In this document: piece by piece, positions 1 to 8,386 of the stretch
How the letters are laid out: each line of letters opens with the position of its first letter
Position numbering within the stretch: position 1 is the stretch's first letter
Notes under the pieces: model-generated
Told to the model about the DNA's origin: nothing
The model's database searches: none
The model's input: the letters and a program-made list of their open reading frames with translations, nothing else
Made by a program: the position numbers and the translations under genes
DNA from: Candidatus Pacearchaeota archaeon
GTDB taxonomy: Archaea > Nanobdellota > Nanobdellia > Pacearchaeales > UBA284
Assembly (NCBI GenBank): GCA_025058615.1
Contig: JANXDM010000001.1
Span: 1 to 55,722, forward strand
DNA length: 55,722 bases
Direction: 5' to 3'

Positions 1-62
1 TTTTTCTAATACCTCTTTATGTTCCATATAAGAAAAAAATTTTTTTAATTTTTAAATTTATT

Positions 63-1142
63 TCAATCTTCTTCGAAAAAATCTATTCCAAAACTTTCCT
101 CCAAAGCTTCTTTTTCTCTTTGTTTTAATTTTCCTCTTCCAACAATTTGCGGACTTTCGACTCCAGTCACTATTAGTAAAACTCTCAAAGTTTTTCCCAT
201 GTCTTCAGAAAGTTGGGCCCCCCAAATAAGCTTTGCCTCCTGGCTTATCCTTTTGCTCACTTCTTCTATTATTTTCTTTGCTTCTTCTAAAGTTAAATCT
301 AGCCCCCCTGTAATGTTCACTAGAGCCCCTGTTGCATTGGTAATATCCACATCAAGCAAGGGGTTTTCTATTGCTTTTTCTATAGCTTCTTCAGCCCTGT
401 TTCCAGAGTCGCTTTCTCCTACTCCTATCATTGCTACACCCCCATCAGACATTACTGCCTTTACATCTGCAAGATCAAGATTAACAAGCCCTGCTTTTGT
501 TACGAGTTCGGTAATTCCTTTTACGGCATTTGTCAGGATCTCATCAGCTATTTTAAAAGCAGTATGTAAAGGTAAATCAGGAACAAGTTCTAAAAGTTTA
601 TCATTTGGAATAACTATAAGAGTGTCTACAGCGCTTTCAAGTCTTTCCAGACCATACATTGCATTTTCAAATCTCTTTTGGCCTTCTATTGTAAAAGGTA
701 GGGTAACAACTCCTATAGTAAGAATTCCTTGCTTTTTTGCTATTTCGGCAATTACTGGAGCAGCACCTGTTCCTGTTCCTCCTCCAAGACCACAAGTAAT
801 AAAAACTATATCTGCTCCTTGGATTGCTTTCTTTATTTCATGTTCCGACTCTTTTGCTGCTTCTTCCCCTATCTTTGGGTTGCTTCCAGCACCAAGACCG
901 TGCGTTAATTCTTTCCCGATTAAAATTTTATGATCAGCATAAGTATAAAGTAAATCCTGTGCGTCTGTATTTACCGCTATACATTCGGAGCCAATTATCC
1001 CTACTTCTTTCATTCGTGTTAGTGTATTTCCTCCAGCACCACCAACTCCAAAAACTTTAACAGAAGCCCTTTGTCTCTTTACAATTTCTTCTAATTCTTT
1101 ATCTATTTCCAGAGTTTCTGCAGGCCTGAAGAGTTCCGCCAT
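63..1142 (-). CDS. ftsZ: Cell division GTPase FtsZ
   Basis: 359-aa ORF with tubulin/FtsZ signature GLGGGTGTGAAPVIAEIAK and N-terminal GVGGAGGNT loop. Confidence 0.95.
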   Translation of the reverse strand: MAELFRPAETLEIDKELEEIVKRQRASVKVFGVGGAGGNTLTRMKEVGIIGSECIAVNTDAQDLLYTYADHKILIGKELTHGLGAGSNPKIGEEAAKESEHEIKKAIQGADIVFITCGLGGGTGTGAAPVIAEIAKKQGILTIGVVTLPFTIEGQKRFENAMYGLERLESAVDTLIVIPNDKLLELVPDLPLHTAFKIADEILTNAVKGITELVTKAGLVNLDLADVKAVMSDGGVAMIGVGESDSGNRAEEAIEKAIENPLLDVDITNATGALVNITGGLDLTLEEAKKIIEEVSKRISQEAKLIWGAQLSEDMGKTLRVLLIVTGVESPQIVGRGKLKQREKEALEESFGIDFFEED

Positions 1143-1177
1143 TTTGGGTTTTTGGAAGGAAAAAGTATATATAAATT

Positions 1178-1834
1178 TTATTGGTTTGAATCATTAGCTT
1201 TTTCGAAAATAACCTCTTTATTTATAAGTTTTTTCGCTTTTTTTTCAAGAGTTTCGGGAATATCCCCAAATATCTTAATTTTTATTTTGTTATCTTCTTC
1301 TTTAATCTCGAACTTTACCCCAAACCTTTTTGCCAAGACTTCCAGTTTTTCTTTATCGTCTTCTATAATTCGCAAAATTTTGAATTTGTATTCGAGTGAC
1401 TTACCTGCTAGAGGGTGATTAAAATCAAGAACTACCCTTCCCCCTGTTATAGCTATAACTTTTGCTATTATTCCATTAACATTAACGAAGGTATCTCTTT
1501 TGGGTTCTGACTCAAAAGCTCCCAAAGGAAATGTTTTTACAAAAGAAGGATTCCTAAAACCATAAGCTTTTTCCGGATCTATTTTTACGATATATTCCTT
1601 TCCCAATTCTTTTCCAATCAAAGCTTCGTCGAATCCTTTTATAACTTCTCCTTCCCCTATAAAAACTTTCAAAGGTTTGAATTCCTTTCCCTCGACAAAT
1701 AAATTATTTCTTTTCGCTTCTTCTTCATTTGTCGTATCAAAAACAAAGCCATCTTGCATGCAAGCAGTAAATTCCACTTCTACGAGTTCTCCTTTTTTTG
1801 TTTTTCTTTTTTCCATAAAAGTGTAAATACCCAA
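1178..1834 (-). CDS. FKBP-type peptidyl-prolyl cis-trans isomerase (archaeal long FKBP/SlyD-like)
   Basis: FKBP core GELVEVEF..DGFVFDTT and EVIKGFDEALIGKELGKEYIVKIDPEKAYG. Start may be the internal Met at 1816. Confidence 0.85.
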   Translation of the reverse strand: MGIYTFMEKRKTKKGELVEVEFTACMQDGFVFDTTNEEEAKRNNLFVEGKEFKPLKVFIGEGEVIKGFDEALIGKELGKEYIVKIDPEKAYGFRNPSFVKTFPLGAFESEPKRDTFVNVNGIIAKVIAITGGRVVLDFNHPLAGKSLEYKFKILRIIEDDKEKLEVLAKRFGVKFEIKEEDNKIKIKIFGDIPETLEKKAKKLINKEVIFEKANDSNQ

Positions 1835-1867
1835 AATCTTTATAAATTCTTTTCGTTTGATGCTTTA

Positions 1868-2251
1868 ATGAAAACAGTCTACGCAACAGATCTGAAACAA
1901 GGCAGTACAATTTGTATAGAAGGAGAACCATGTATTGTCAAAAGCGTAGATATAAGTAAAACAGGAAAACACGGAGCTAGCAAATGTAGAATAGAAGCAG
2001 TCGGTATTTTCGACTCGAAAAAAAGAATTGTTGTTGTTCCGGGCTCTGATCGTTTTGAAGTCCCGATGATAGAAAAAAGAAAAGCACAAATTCTCGCTGC
2101 AGAAAAAGAGAAAAAAATTGCTAGTATCATGGATCTAGAAACTTTTGAAACTTTCGAGATCCCTATAGAAAAAGACTTAGAAATTGAAGAAGGAAACAAC
2201 GTGGAATACTGGCAGTTTGGAAACAAAAAAATTATAAAAAGAATTTTATAA
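1868..2251 (+). CDS. eif5a: Translation initiation factor 5A (aIF5A)
   Basis: Track ORF 1754..2251 trimmed to internal ATG 1868 (MKTVYATDLKQGS...). Hypusine-loop motif SKTGKHGASK. About 127 aa, as typical for aIF5A. Confidence 0.9.
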   Translation: MKTVYATDLKQGSTICIEGEPCIVKSVDISKTGKHGASKCRIEAVGIFDSKKRIVVVPGSDRFEVPMIEKRKAQILAAEKEKKIASIMDLETFETFEIPIEKDLEIEEGNNVEYWQFGNKKIIKRIL

Positions 2252-2252
2252 G

Positions 2253-2423
2253 ATGGTAAAATTAGAGGCTGCTTACAAAAGACTTTTTGTTGATATTTTC
2301 GTCTGCAGAAAATGTAATACCAAGATCAGAGCAAACCCAAGAAAGATAGCAGAAGGAAAAATAAAATGTAGAAAATGCAAGGGAAATGTTTTTAGAGCAA
2401 AAAAGAAAAAAGCAACAAAATAA
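2253..2423 (+). CDS. rpl40e: Ribosomal protein L40e (eL40), 56 aa; not in ORF track
   Basis: My translation is MVKLEAAYKRLFVDIFVCRKCNTKIRANPRKIAEGKIKCRKCKGNVFRAKKKKATK. It has CxxC..CxxC zinc-ribbon spacing and a basic tail like archaeal L40e. It starts 1 nt after the aIF5A stop. Confidence 0.75.
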   Translation: MVKLEAAYKRLFVDIFVCRKCNTKIRANPRKIAEGKIKCRKCKGNVFRAKKKKATK

Positions 2424-2424
2424 G

Positions 2425-3822
2425 ATGAAATTCTTATATTATGATTTGATCTTTCTTGTGGTTTTTTGTCTATTCCTCTTTTTCTTTTTAAGGGCACGCA
2501 GAAAAAAAATCAAGAGAGAGGGGGTATTGTTCTTATATAGAACGAAAGCAGGCCTGGTTTTTATAGAAAAAGCAGCAAAAAAATTGGATAAATTTTTAAA
2601 AATTTTTGGAAAAATTTCTGTTATTGTTGGTTTTTTCATGATGGTTTTTTGTTTTTATCTTCTGATAAAGACTTTGTTTTTAACAATTAGAGTTCCTCTT
2701 GGTGTCCCTCCTCTCCTTCCTCTTGTTCCATATGTTCCGCAGGCATTAAAGCTTCCTCTTCCTCCTTTCTATTTTTTTTATTGGATTATAATTGTCATAG
2801 TTGTTGCGGTAACACACGAATTCTCTCACGGTATTTTTGCTGCACACCACAAAATAAAAATAAAATCTACCGGATTTGGCTTTTTGGGGCCTTTTCTTGC
2901 AGCATTTGTGGAACCTGACGAAAAGCAGCTTGCAAAAACAAAAAAGAAAGCACAATTAGAAGTATTTTCTGCAGGAAGTTTTTCTAATCTTGTCTTTGCG
3001 ATAATTTTCCTTCTTGGATTGCAACTTTTCTTCTTTTTTGCATATAAACCTGCAGGAGTTTCTTTTACATTTGTTTATTCATCTCTTAACCTTTCTGAAA
3101 TAAAAAGTATAGGTAATTATAGTGTAGAAGAATTCTTAAATCTTTCAGAAAAAGAAATCAAAAAATTATCAGAAAAAGACGTTCTTGAAGTAAAAACAGA
3201 AAACGCTACTTATTATTTGGATAAAAAATTACTACAAGAAATAATTTCTTCAAAAAGATTGATACAAAAATACAAAAAAATCATAGCCTATGATGATACG
3301 CCAGCATTCAGAGCAAGACTTGAAGGAGGGATTATCAGTATAAACGGAGAAAAGATAAGAAAAGCGGAAGACATTTCAAAAATATTAAAAAATTATAAAC
3401 CTGGAGAAAAAATAAATTTAACAACCAGTAAATCCAGTTACCATATTGTTCTTGCTGAACATCCTTCTGAAAAAAACAAACCTTATCTCGGAATTGCCTT
3501 TGTGCAACTACAAGGAACGAATAAATTTTTTTCTTCTTTGACCGCTCCTTTATTCTCTCCAGGGCTCTATGTAGAAACGAGAGGAAACGAACAACTAACT
3601 AATTTTTTTCGTGATCTTCTTTTGTGGTTAGTTTTGATATGTTTCTTTGTTGCTATTTTTAACATGCTTCCTTTGGGTTTTTTAGATGGGGGGAGAATGC
3701 TTTATGTCTTGTCCCTTATGATAACAAAATCTAAAAAGAAAGCAAAGAACATCTCTGTAATTTTTTCTTATATTGTACTTTTCTTAATTTTTCTCCTTAT
3801 GATTGTGTGGATGATCGTATAA
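2425..3822 (+). CDS. Site-2 protease family (M50) membrane metalloprotease with PDZ-like insert
   Basis: HEFSHG (HExxH) in a TM segment and C-terminal FNMLPLGFLDGGRM (NxxPxxxLDG). Start trimmed to ATG 2425 directly after the L40e stop. Confidence 0.85.
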   Translation: MKFLYYDLIFLVVFCLFLFFFLRARRKKIKREGVLFLYRTKAGLVFIEKAAKKLDKFLKIFGKISVIVGFFMMVFCFYLLIKTLFLTIRVPLGVPPLLPLVPYVPQALKLPLPPFYFFYWIIIVIVVAVTHEFSHGIFAAHHKIKIKSTGFGFLGPFLAAFVEPDEKQLAKTKKKAQLEVFSAGSFSNLVFAIIFLLGLQLFFFFAYKPAGVSFTFVYSSLNLSEIKSIGNYSVEEFLNLSEKEIKKLSEKDVLEVKTENATYYLDKKLLQEIISSKRLIQKYKKIIAYDDTPAFRARLEGGIISINGEKIRKAEDISKILKNYKPGEKINLTTSKSSYHIVLAEHPSEKNKPYLGIAFVQLQGTNKFFSSLTAPLFSPGLYVETRGNEQLTNFFRDLLLWLVLICFFVAIFNMLPLGFLDGGRMLYVLSLMITKSKKKAKNISVIFSYIVLFLIFLLMIVWMIV

Positions 3823-3855
3823 AAAATTTTAAATTCTTATTGTTTTAAAATTAAA

Positions 3856-3927
3856 GGGCCGGTAGTTCAAAGGTAGAACGCCGCTCTCGCTAAGCGGAGG
3901 TTACGAGTTCGAATCTCGTCCGGTCCA
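3856..3927 (+). tRNA. tRNA-Ala (anticodon CGC)
   Basis: Hand-folded cloverleaf. Acceptor GGGCCGG/CCGGTCC with G3:U70 Ala identity pair, anticodon stem CCGCT/AGCGG, loop CTCGCTA, T-loop TTCGAAT, discriminator A. GC-rich island in AT-rich DNA. Confidence 0.9.
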
Positions 3928-4036
3928 TAAAAAAGAAAAATATTTAAAGAAAAAGCGACTAAAAAAGAAATGGGGAAGAAAAAGAAGAGGGGGTGTAAAT
4001 AAGTTTAAAAAATTTTCTTTTTTATTTTTTTCTTTT

Positions 4037-4402
4037 TTAAAATTCTAAAATACCTTCACGCGTAAGAGCAACGAATTTAATTCCGACAGGAATCCCCAAC
4101 AACGCAGAAATAAGAGCCATGTGTTCTTTTCCATCGCCAGAGGCTATGCTCAGAGCAATTTCCATTCCGGAAAATTTGTTTTTTAATTTTCTTCTTAACT
4201 CTTCTATGATCTCCTTTATCGGCTTGCTAAAATCGACAGAGATTATTTCTGCTTTCTTAGAGAAGTCGAAATGCTTAACTTTAGAAATAATAGAATCATC
4301 ACATATTAAAAAAATTTTTTCCCATTCTCCTCTGTTAACAAGCCCGGCAACTTGACTCCACGTGCCTTTCCCGGAAGAAAGTAATGCAACAAATTCCATC
4401 AA
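4037..4402 (-). CDS. Hypothetical small alpha/beta protein (possible minimal CARF/Rossmann-like domain)
   Basis: 121-aa ORF filling the spacer, with alternating strand/helix pattern (FVALLSSGKG.., IFLICDD.., LSIASGDGKEHMALISALLG). No diagnostic catalytic motif. Confidence 0.5.
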   Translation of the reverse strand: MMEFVALLSSGKGTWSQVAGLVNRGEWEKIFLICDDSIISKVKHFDFSKKAEIISVDFSKPIKEIIEELRRKLKNKFSGMEIALSIASGDGKEHMALISALLGIPVGIKFVALTREGILEF

Positions 4403-4471
4403 AGAAAATGTTTTCCAATATTTATAAAATTTTGTGAAAAAATTTAATAAGTCTCCCTTCTACAAAGAATT

Positions 4472-4918
4472 ATGAAAGAAATTCCTCTTGCGGAGATAAC
4501 TTTGAGAAAATATGAAAAACCAACTAACTTAAATTATAGACAATTAGCAAAAAAAATTTGTCTTTCTTTGGGTTTGTTGCAATCTGGGGATTCTCGCGAT
4601 ATTGTCGTTGATATTCTGCTCGTTTTAAAAAAAGCACAAAAAGAAAAAAGAGAATTGACCGTAGAAGAAATAAAAAAAGAACTTCTCGCATCTAGAGAAA
4701 AAAATGGATTAGAAATTAAAGGAATAGCCGACTCAAACATAAGGAGGCAACTAAAAAAGTTGAGAGATATCTTGCTTGTGGAAAAAAGAGCAAACAAATA
4801 TAGACTTAACGAATTTTTGAAATTGCACGAAATTTTTGAAAAAAAGATAGAAAAATTTTATTTTCCAAATTTAATAGAAAGGATAAAAGAATATCTAAAA
4901 GAATTCGATGAGATATAA
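4472..4918 (+). CDS. Winged-helix DNA-binding protein (putative transcriptional regulator)
   Basis: 148-aa ORF. Helix-turn-helix-like LTVEEIKKELLAS...SNIRRQLKKLRDILLVEKRANKYRL (recognition helix plus wing). Divergent from 4037..4402. Confidence 0.55.
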   Translation: MKEIPLAEITLRKYEKPTNLNYRQLAKKICLSLGLLQSGDSRDIVVDILLVLKKAQKEKRELTVEEIKKELLASREKNGLEIKGIADSNIRRQLKKLRDILLVEKRANKYRLNEFLKLHEIFEKKIEKFYFPNLIERIKEYLKEFDEI

Positions 4919-4964
4919 AGATAGGTTTAAAAATCTCCTCTTCTAAAAGTGTTTAGTTCCAAAA

Positions 4965-5588
4965 ATGAATTTCAAAGAAGCTCTAGAAGAATTAAGAAAA
5001 AAAAACAAAAAAAGAAATTTCGATCAGACTTTAGAGCTAATAATAAACTTGAAAGATTTCAACATTAAGCAAGAATCTTTTAATCTTGTTATATCGTTAC
5101 CGCACCCCTTCAAAAAGAAAAAAATTACTGCTTTTTTGGAAAGCAACCTACCATATAAAATTTTGGAAAAGGTTATCACCAAAGCAGACATGGAAAAAAT
5201 TAGCAAAAGAGAAATGAAAAAAATAATAAAAAAAAGCGATTTTTTTATAGCAAACACAAAACTAATGCCGCTGATAGCTATGAAATTTGGAAAACTCTTA
5301 GGATCTAGTGGAAAAATGCCGGATCCTGCTGCTGGGTGTATAATTTCAAAAGAAGACGAAAAAACGATAAAAGAAATAATCGAAAGATTAAACCATATAG
5401 AAAAAATAAGAGTGAAAGAACAGAGTATAAAATTGCCCGTAGGAAAAGAAAGTATGGAAGACGAAAAACTTCTGGATAATATTAAAGTCGCTTTCAATAC
5501 AATTATAGAAAAACTCCCAAAAAAAGAAAAAAATGTTAAGAATGTAATCTTAAAATTTACTATGAGTCCTTGGGTTCAAGTAAAATGA
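4965..5588 (+). CDS. rpl1: Ribosomal protein L1 (uL1)
   Basis: N-terminus ..KKRNFDQTLELIINLKD.. typical of L1. First gene of the conserved archaeal L1-P0-P1 order. Stop overlaps the next start (ATGA). Confidence 0.9.
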   Translation: MNFKEALEELRKKNKKRNFDQTLELIINLKDFNIKQESFNLVISLPHPFKKKKITAFLESNLPYKILEKVITKADMEKISKREMKKIIKKSDFFIANTKLMPLIAMKFGKLLGSSGKMPDPAAGCIISKEDEKTIKEIIERLNHIEKIRVKEQSIKLPVGKESMEDEKLLDNIKVAFNTIIEKLPKKEKNVKNVILKFTMSPWVQVK

Positions 5589-6349
5589 AAAAAATTTCTG
5601 AAAATAAAAGAAAAGCATTAGAAGAACTTCTAAATTTAATAAATTCATACAATACAATTATGATTATTTCAATAAAAGGGATCTCTTCTCAACAACTACA
5701 AAAGATTAAAAAGGAGTTAAAAGACTTGGTGGTGTTTAAAGTTTATAAAAAAAAGATCATGGAAAAGGCGTTTCAAATGTGTAAAAAAGAAAATATAATT
5801 GAGATGGTAGAAAACTTAGAAGAAAATTATGCGGTTGTTTTTTCTAACAAAGATCCTTTTGAAATTGCTGCTTTACTAGCAAAAAATAAGATTCCGAAAA
5901 AAGTGAGAGCGGGACAAATCTCTCCTTCAGACATAATCTTGGAAGCAGGCCCAACAGATTTGCCTGCTGGTCCGGCGCTTTCTGAAATAAGTAAGCTTGG
6001 AGTAAAAACCAGCCTTGAAAAAGGAAAAATTATAATAAAAGAAACGAAAGTATTGGTTAAAAAAGGAGAAAAAGTACCAGAAGTTGTTGCTTCTGTTCTT
6101 TCTTCTTTAGAAATTTATCCTTTACATATTAGTCCAAAACCTTTAACAGCATATGATTCCCGCACAAAAAAAGTATACAAAAACATAGAGATAGATATAG
6201 AAAAAATAGTTCAAGAATTGAGAGATTGTTCTTTCAAGGCAAAAACTCTTGCTCTAGAGATTAAATACATATGCAAAGAAACAATAAAAGAATTATTAGT
6301 AAAAGCTGCAAATCAAGCAGTAGTATTATCAAAAAATTTAAATAATTAA
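5585..6349 (+). CDS. rplP0: Ribosomal stalk protein P0 (uL10)
   Basis: Trimmed to ATG 5585 (ATGA overlap with L1). L10/P0-like N-terminal domain. Positioned between L1 and P1. Confidence 0.85.
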   Translation: MKKISENKRKALEELLNLINSYNTIMIISIKGISSQQLQKIKKELKDLVVFKVYKKKIMEKAFQMCKKENIIEMVENLEENYAVVFSNKDPFEIAALLAKNKIPKKVRAGQISPSDIILEAGPTDLPAGPALSEISKLGVKTSLEKGKIIIKETKVLVKKGEKVPEVVASVLSSLEIYPLHISPKPLTAYDSRTKKVYKNIEIDIEKIVQELRDCSFKAKTLALEIKYICKETIKELLVKAANQAVVLSKNLNN

Positions 6350-6365
6350 GTTGAATGAAAAAAAA

Positions 6366-6638
6366 ATGGAATACATATATGCAGTATTGCTTTTGCATGA
6401 ATTGGGAAAAGAAATAAACGAAGAAAACTTAAAAAAAGTAATAGAAGCAACTGGGTGTAATGCAGACGAAAGTAAAATAAAGAGTATTATCACAAGTCTA
6501 AAAGAGATTGACATAAAAAAAGTAATAAGCGAAGCTCCAACCATACAAGCACCAACAAAGCAACAACCAGAAGAAAAAGAAGAAAAGAAGGAAAAAGCAG
6601 AAGAAGCTGTTGAAGGCCTCGCCGCGCTTTTCGGATAA
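6366..6638 (+). CDS. rpl12: Ribosomal stalk protein P1 (archaeal L12)
   Basis: MEYIYAVLLLHELGKEINEENLKKVIEATG.. followed by an E/K-rich hinge and the conserved stalk C-terminus EEAVEGLAALFG. Confidence 0.9.
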   Translation: MEYIYAVLLLHELGKEINEENLKKVIEATGCNADESKIKSIITSLKEIDIKKVISEAPTIQAPTKQQPEEKEEKKEKAEEAVEGLAALFG

Positions 6639-6639
6639 G

Positions 6640-7092
6640 ATGAAGATATTTTTGAGTGCTTTCTTAAGTTTTCTTCCTATTTCTGAGTTGAGAGGGGGAA
6701 TACCCTTTGCTCTTGCATCTGGTATGCACCCTTTGTTGGCTTTCTTCGTTTGTACTTTAGTCAATTTACTGGTTGCCCCTTTTGTCTTCTTTTTTTTAGA
6801 TAAAACGTATTATTTCTTTTTCAGAAAATCAATAGAAGAAAACAAAATAATTAAAAAAATTAAAAAAAAGAGTATAGAAGAAAAAATAAAAAAATATGGA
6901 CCTATCGCACTAACTTTTTTTGTTGCGATTCCTTTTCCTTTTACAGGCGCATGGACTGGAAGTGTAATAGCGTGGCTCCTCAGAATCGAAAAAAAGAAGG
7001 CTCTTTTCTTTATATCACTTGGAGTCATAATTGCAGGTATCTTGGTCACGCTTGCTTCCTTGGGGATTTTGCAAATTTTAAAATTAATTTGA
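6640..7092 (+). CDS. Small multidrug-export-like membrane protein (COG2426-type)
   Basis: Trimmed to ATG 6640. N-terminal FLPISELRGGIPFALASG motif and 4 predicted TM segments. Confidence 0.55.
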   Translation: MKIFLSAFLSFLPISELRGGIPFALASGMHPLLAFFVCTLVNLLVAPFVFFFLDKTYYFFFRKSIEENKIIKKIKKKSIEEKIKKYGPIALTFFVAIPFPFTGAWTGSVIAWLLRIEKKKALFFISLGVIIAGILVTLASLGILQILKLI

Positions 7093-7573
7093 AATCTGAA
7101 TAAAAAGGAATTTCTTTTATTTTGAATATCTTAACAGAAAAAAACCAAACAAGAACAACAAGAAAAACGCTAAAAAACCAAAAAAACCAGTGTGTCGCAT
7201 CGAAAAAAAGTTTATCTGTTTTTAATGTAAACGCTGAAAAAAGAAGACGAAGTAAATTAAATGCTAAAAAAATAGTTGAAGAAAAAACAAACAACAAAAA
7301 ACGTTTAGCAATTCTCATTCCAGGTGTAAGAAGATTCAAAAGTAAAAGTAACAAATATGCCGAAGCAGCAACACAGGCATCGACTAATTCTACAGAGAAA
7401 GAATTAAAGAAGATATAATTTCCATGCATGGATGCGTCGTAAAAAAGAGAAATCATGGTAAAAAACAAGAAAGAAGTGATCGGCCGAAAAATTGAATAAA
7501 ACAAAGGAAAGTTAAAAGAAAAGAAAACAGCTAGAGAATATCTAATCAAAATAGAAGTTATGCTCTTTTTCAT
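7046..7573 (-). CDS. Minimal exosortase/archaeosortase-family membrane protein (candidate)
   Basis: 175 aa, polytopic. Ordered candidate Cys/Arg/His triad in TM context: VELVDACVAASAY, AFNLLRLLF, DATHWFFW. 3' end overlaps the convergent gene by 47 nt. Confidence 0.45.
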   Translation of the reverse strand: MKKSITSILIRYSLAVFFSFNFPLFYSIFRPITSFLFFTMISLFYDASMHGNYIFFNSFSVELVDACVAASAYLLLLLLNLLTPGMRIAKRFLLFVFSSTIFLAFNLLRLLFSAFTLKTDKLFFDATHWFFWFFSVFLVVLVWFFSVKIFKIKEIPFYSDFKLILKFAKSPRKQA

Positions 7574-7637
7574 CTCAAAAATAAAAAAAGAATTAATTTA
7601 AATATATTGGTTACCTCATAAGGACAGTTTTGAAAAA

Positions 7638-8156
7638 ATGAAGAAAAAAATAATCTTTCATATCTTTCTCGTAACTATATTATTCATTGTTCTTGTTTTG
7701 GATAACTTTTTGTTTTCTCTGACTCAAACAATCAGATCCGAAGCCTTAGACAAATTTTTTTCCGTGTTCCTCCTTTTTCAGCAAGAACCTTATTTCGAAA
7801 TTTGGATAGTTTTCTTTGTTTTTCTGTTGCTTTTCAAAAAAAGAAAAAGGGACTTTTTGAAATTTTTGATTTCTTTTTTTATTACTGCGGCCCTAGTCTT
7901 GTTGTTGAAAAAAGTAATAGCAAGACCAAGGCCTTTCTCAGCAGGAAAGGGCTCTTTTCCTTCAGGGCATGCCGCTCTTCTTTTTGTAACTTTTCATTTC
8001 ATGGGGGGAAGAAAAAAAATATTTTGGTATTTTTTTGTATTTATTCTTGTTTTTACAAGAGTATATTTTGGTTTTCATTTCTATAGTGACATAATCGCAA
8101 GCTTCTTGATCAGCGAGTTAGTTTCTTTTTTTGTGAAAAAATGTAAAAGCCCTTAA
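7638..8156 (+). CDS. PAP2-family membrane lipid phosphatase
   Basis: All three PAP2 motifs are present: KKVIARPRPF, FPSGHAALLF, RVYFGFHFYSDIIAS. Confidence 0.8.
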   Translation: MKKKIIFHIFLVTILFIVLVLDNFLFSLTQTIRSEALDKFFSVFLLFQQEPYFEIWIVFFVFLLLFKKRKRDFLKFLISFFITAALVLLLKKVIARPRPFSAGKGSFPSGHAALLFVTFHFMGGRKKIFWYFFVFILVFTRVYFGFHFYSDIIASFLISELVSFFVKKCKSP

Positions 8157-8386
8157 TTTTTTCTTTATTTTCATAAGTAAATTTAGTTTGACTTGAAAAA
8201 TAAGGAAAAGTTCCACAGAGTTATTATATTTTTCGTTGCTGGTTACAGTCTGATAAGCAAAATCATATAATAAGTTTGAAAGAAAACGAAATATACACCC
8301 TTCAAGTATCACTAACACAAATAGGACATCTTTCGGCTTTTAAAGGGATTAGCAAGATTTAAATAAATTCTAGAATTAAAAAAGAA

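Noticed and set aside
199-933. Long antisense ORFs in the track. Examples are 199..933(+), 5024..5497(-), 12812..13342(-), 17653..18021(-), 21467..21982(-), 26160..26516(-), 28972..29376(+), 38545..39324(+), 44846..45187(+) and 49681..50013(-)
   Set aside because: Each lies fully opposite a CDS with clear family motifs. Their products are low-complexity S/F/I/L-rich strings typical of shadow ORFs in AT-rich DNA. No independent support.
8157-8386. 230-bp spacer between the PAP2 gene and glyS examined for an sRNA (C/D box) or structured RNA
   Set aside because: I found no RUGAUGA/CUGA box pairs, no GC-rich stems and no conserved-looking structure. It is most simply a promoter region.
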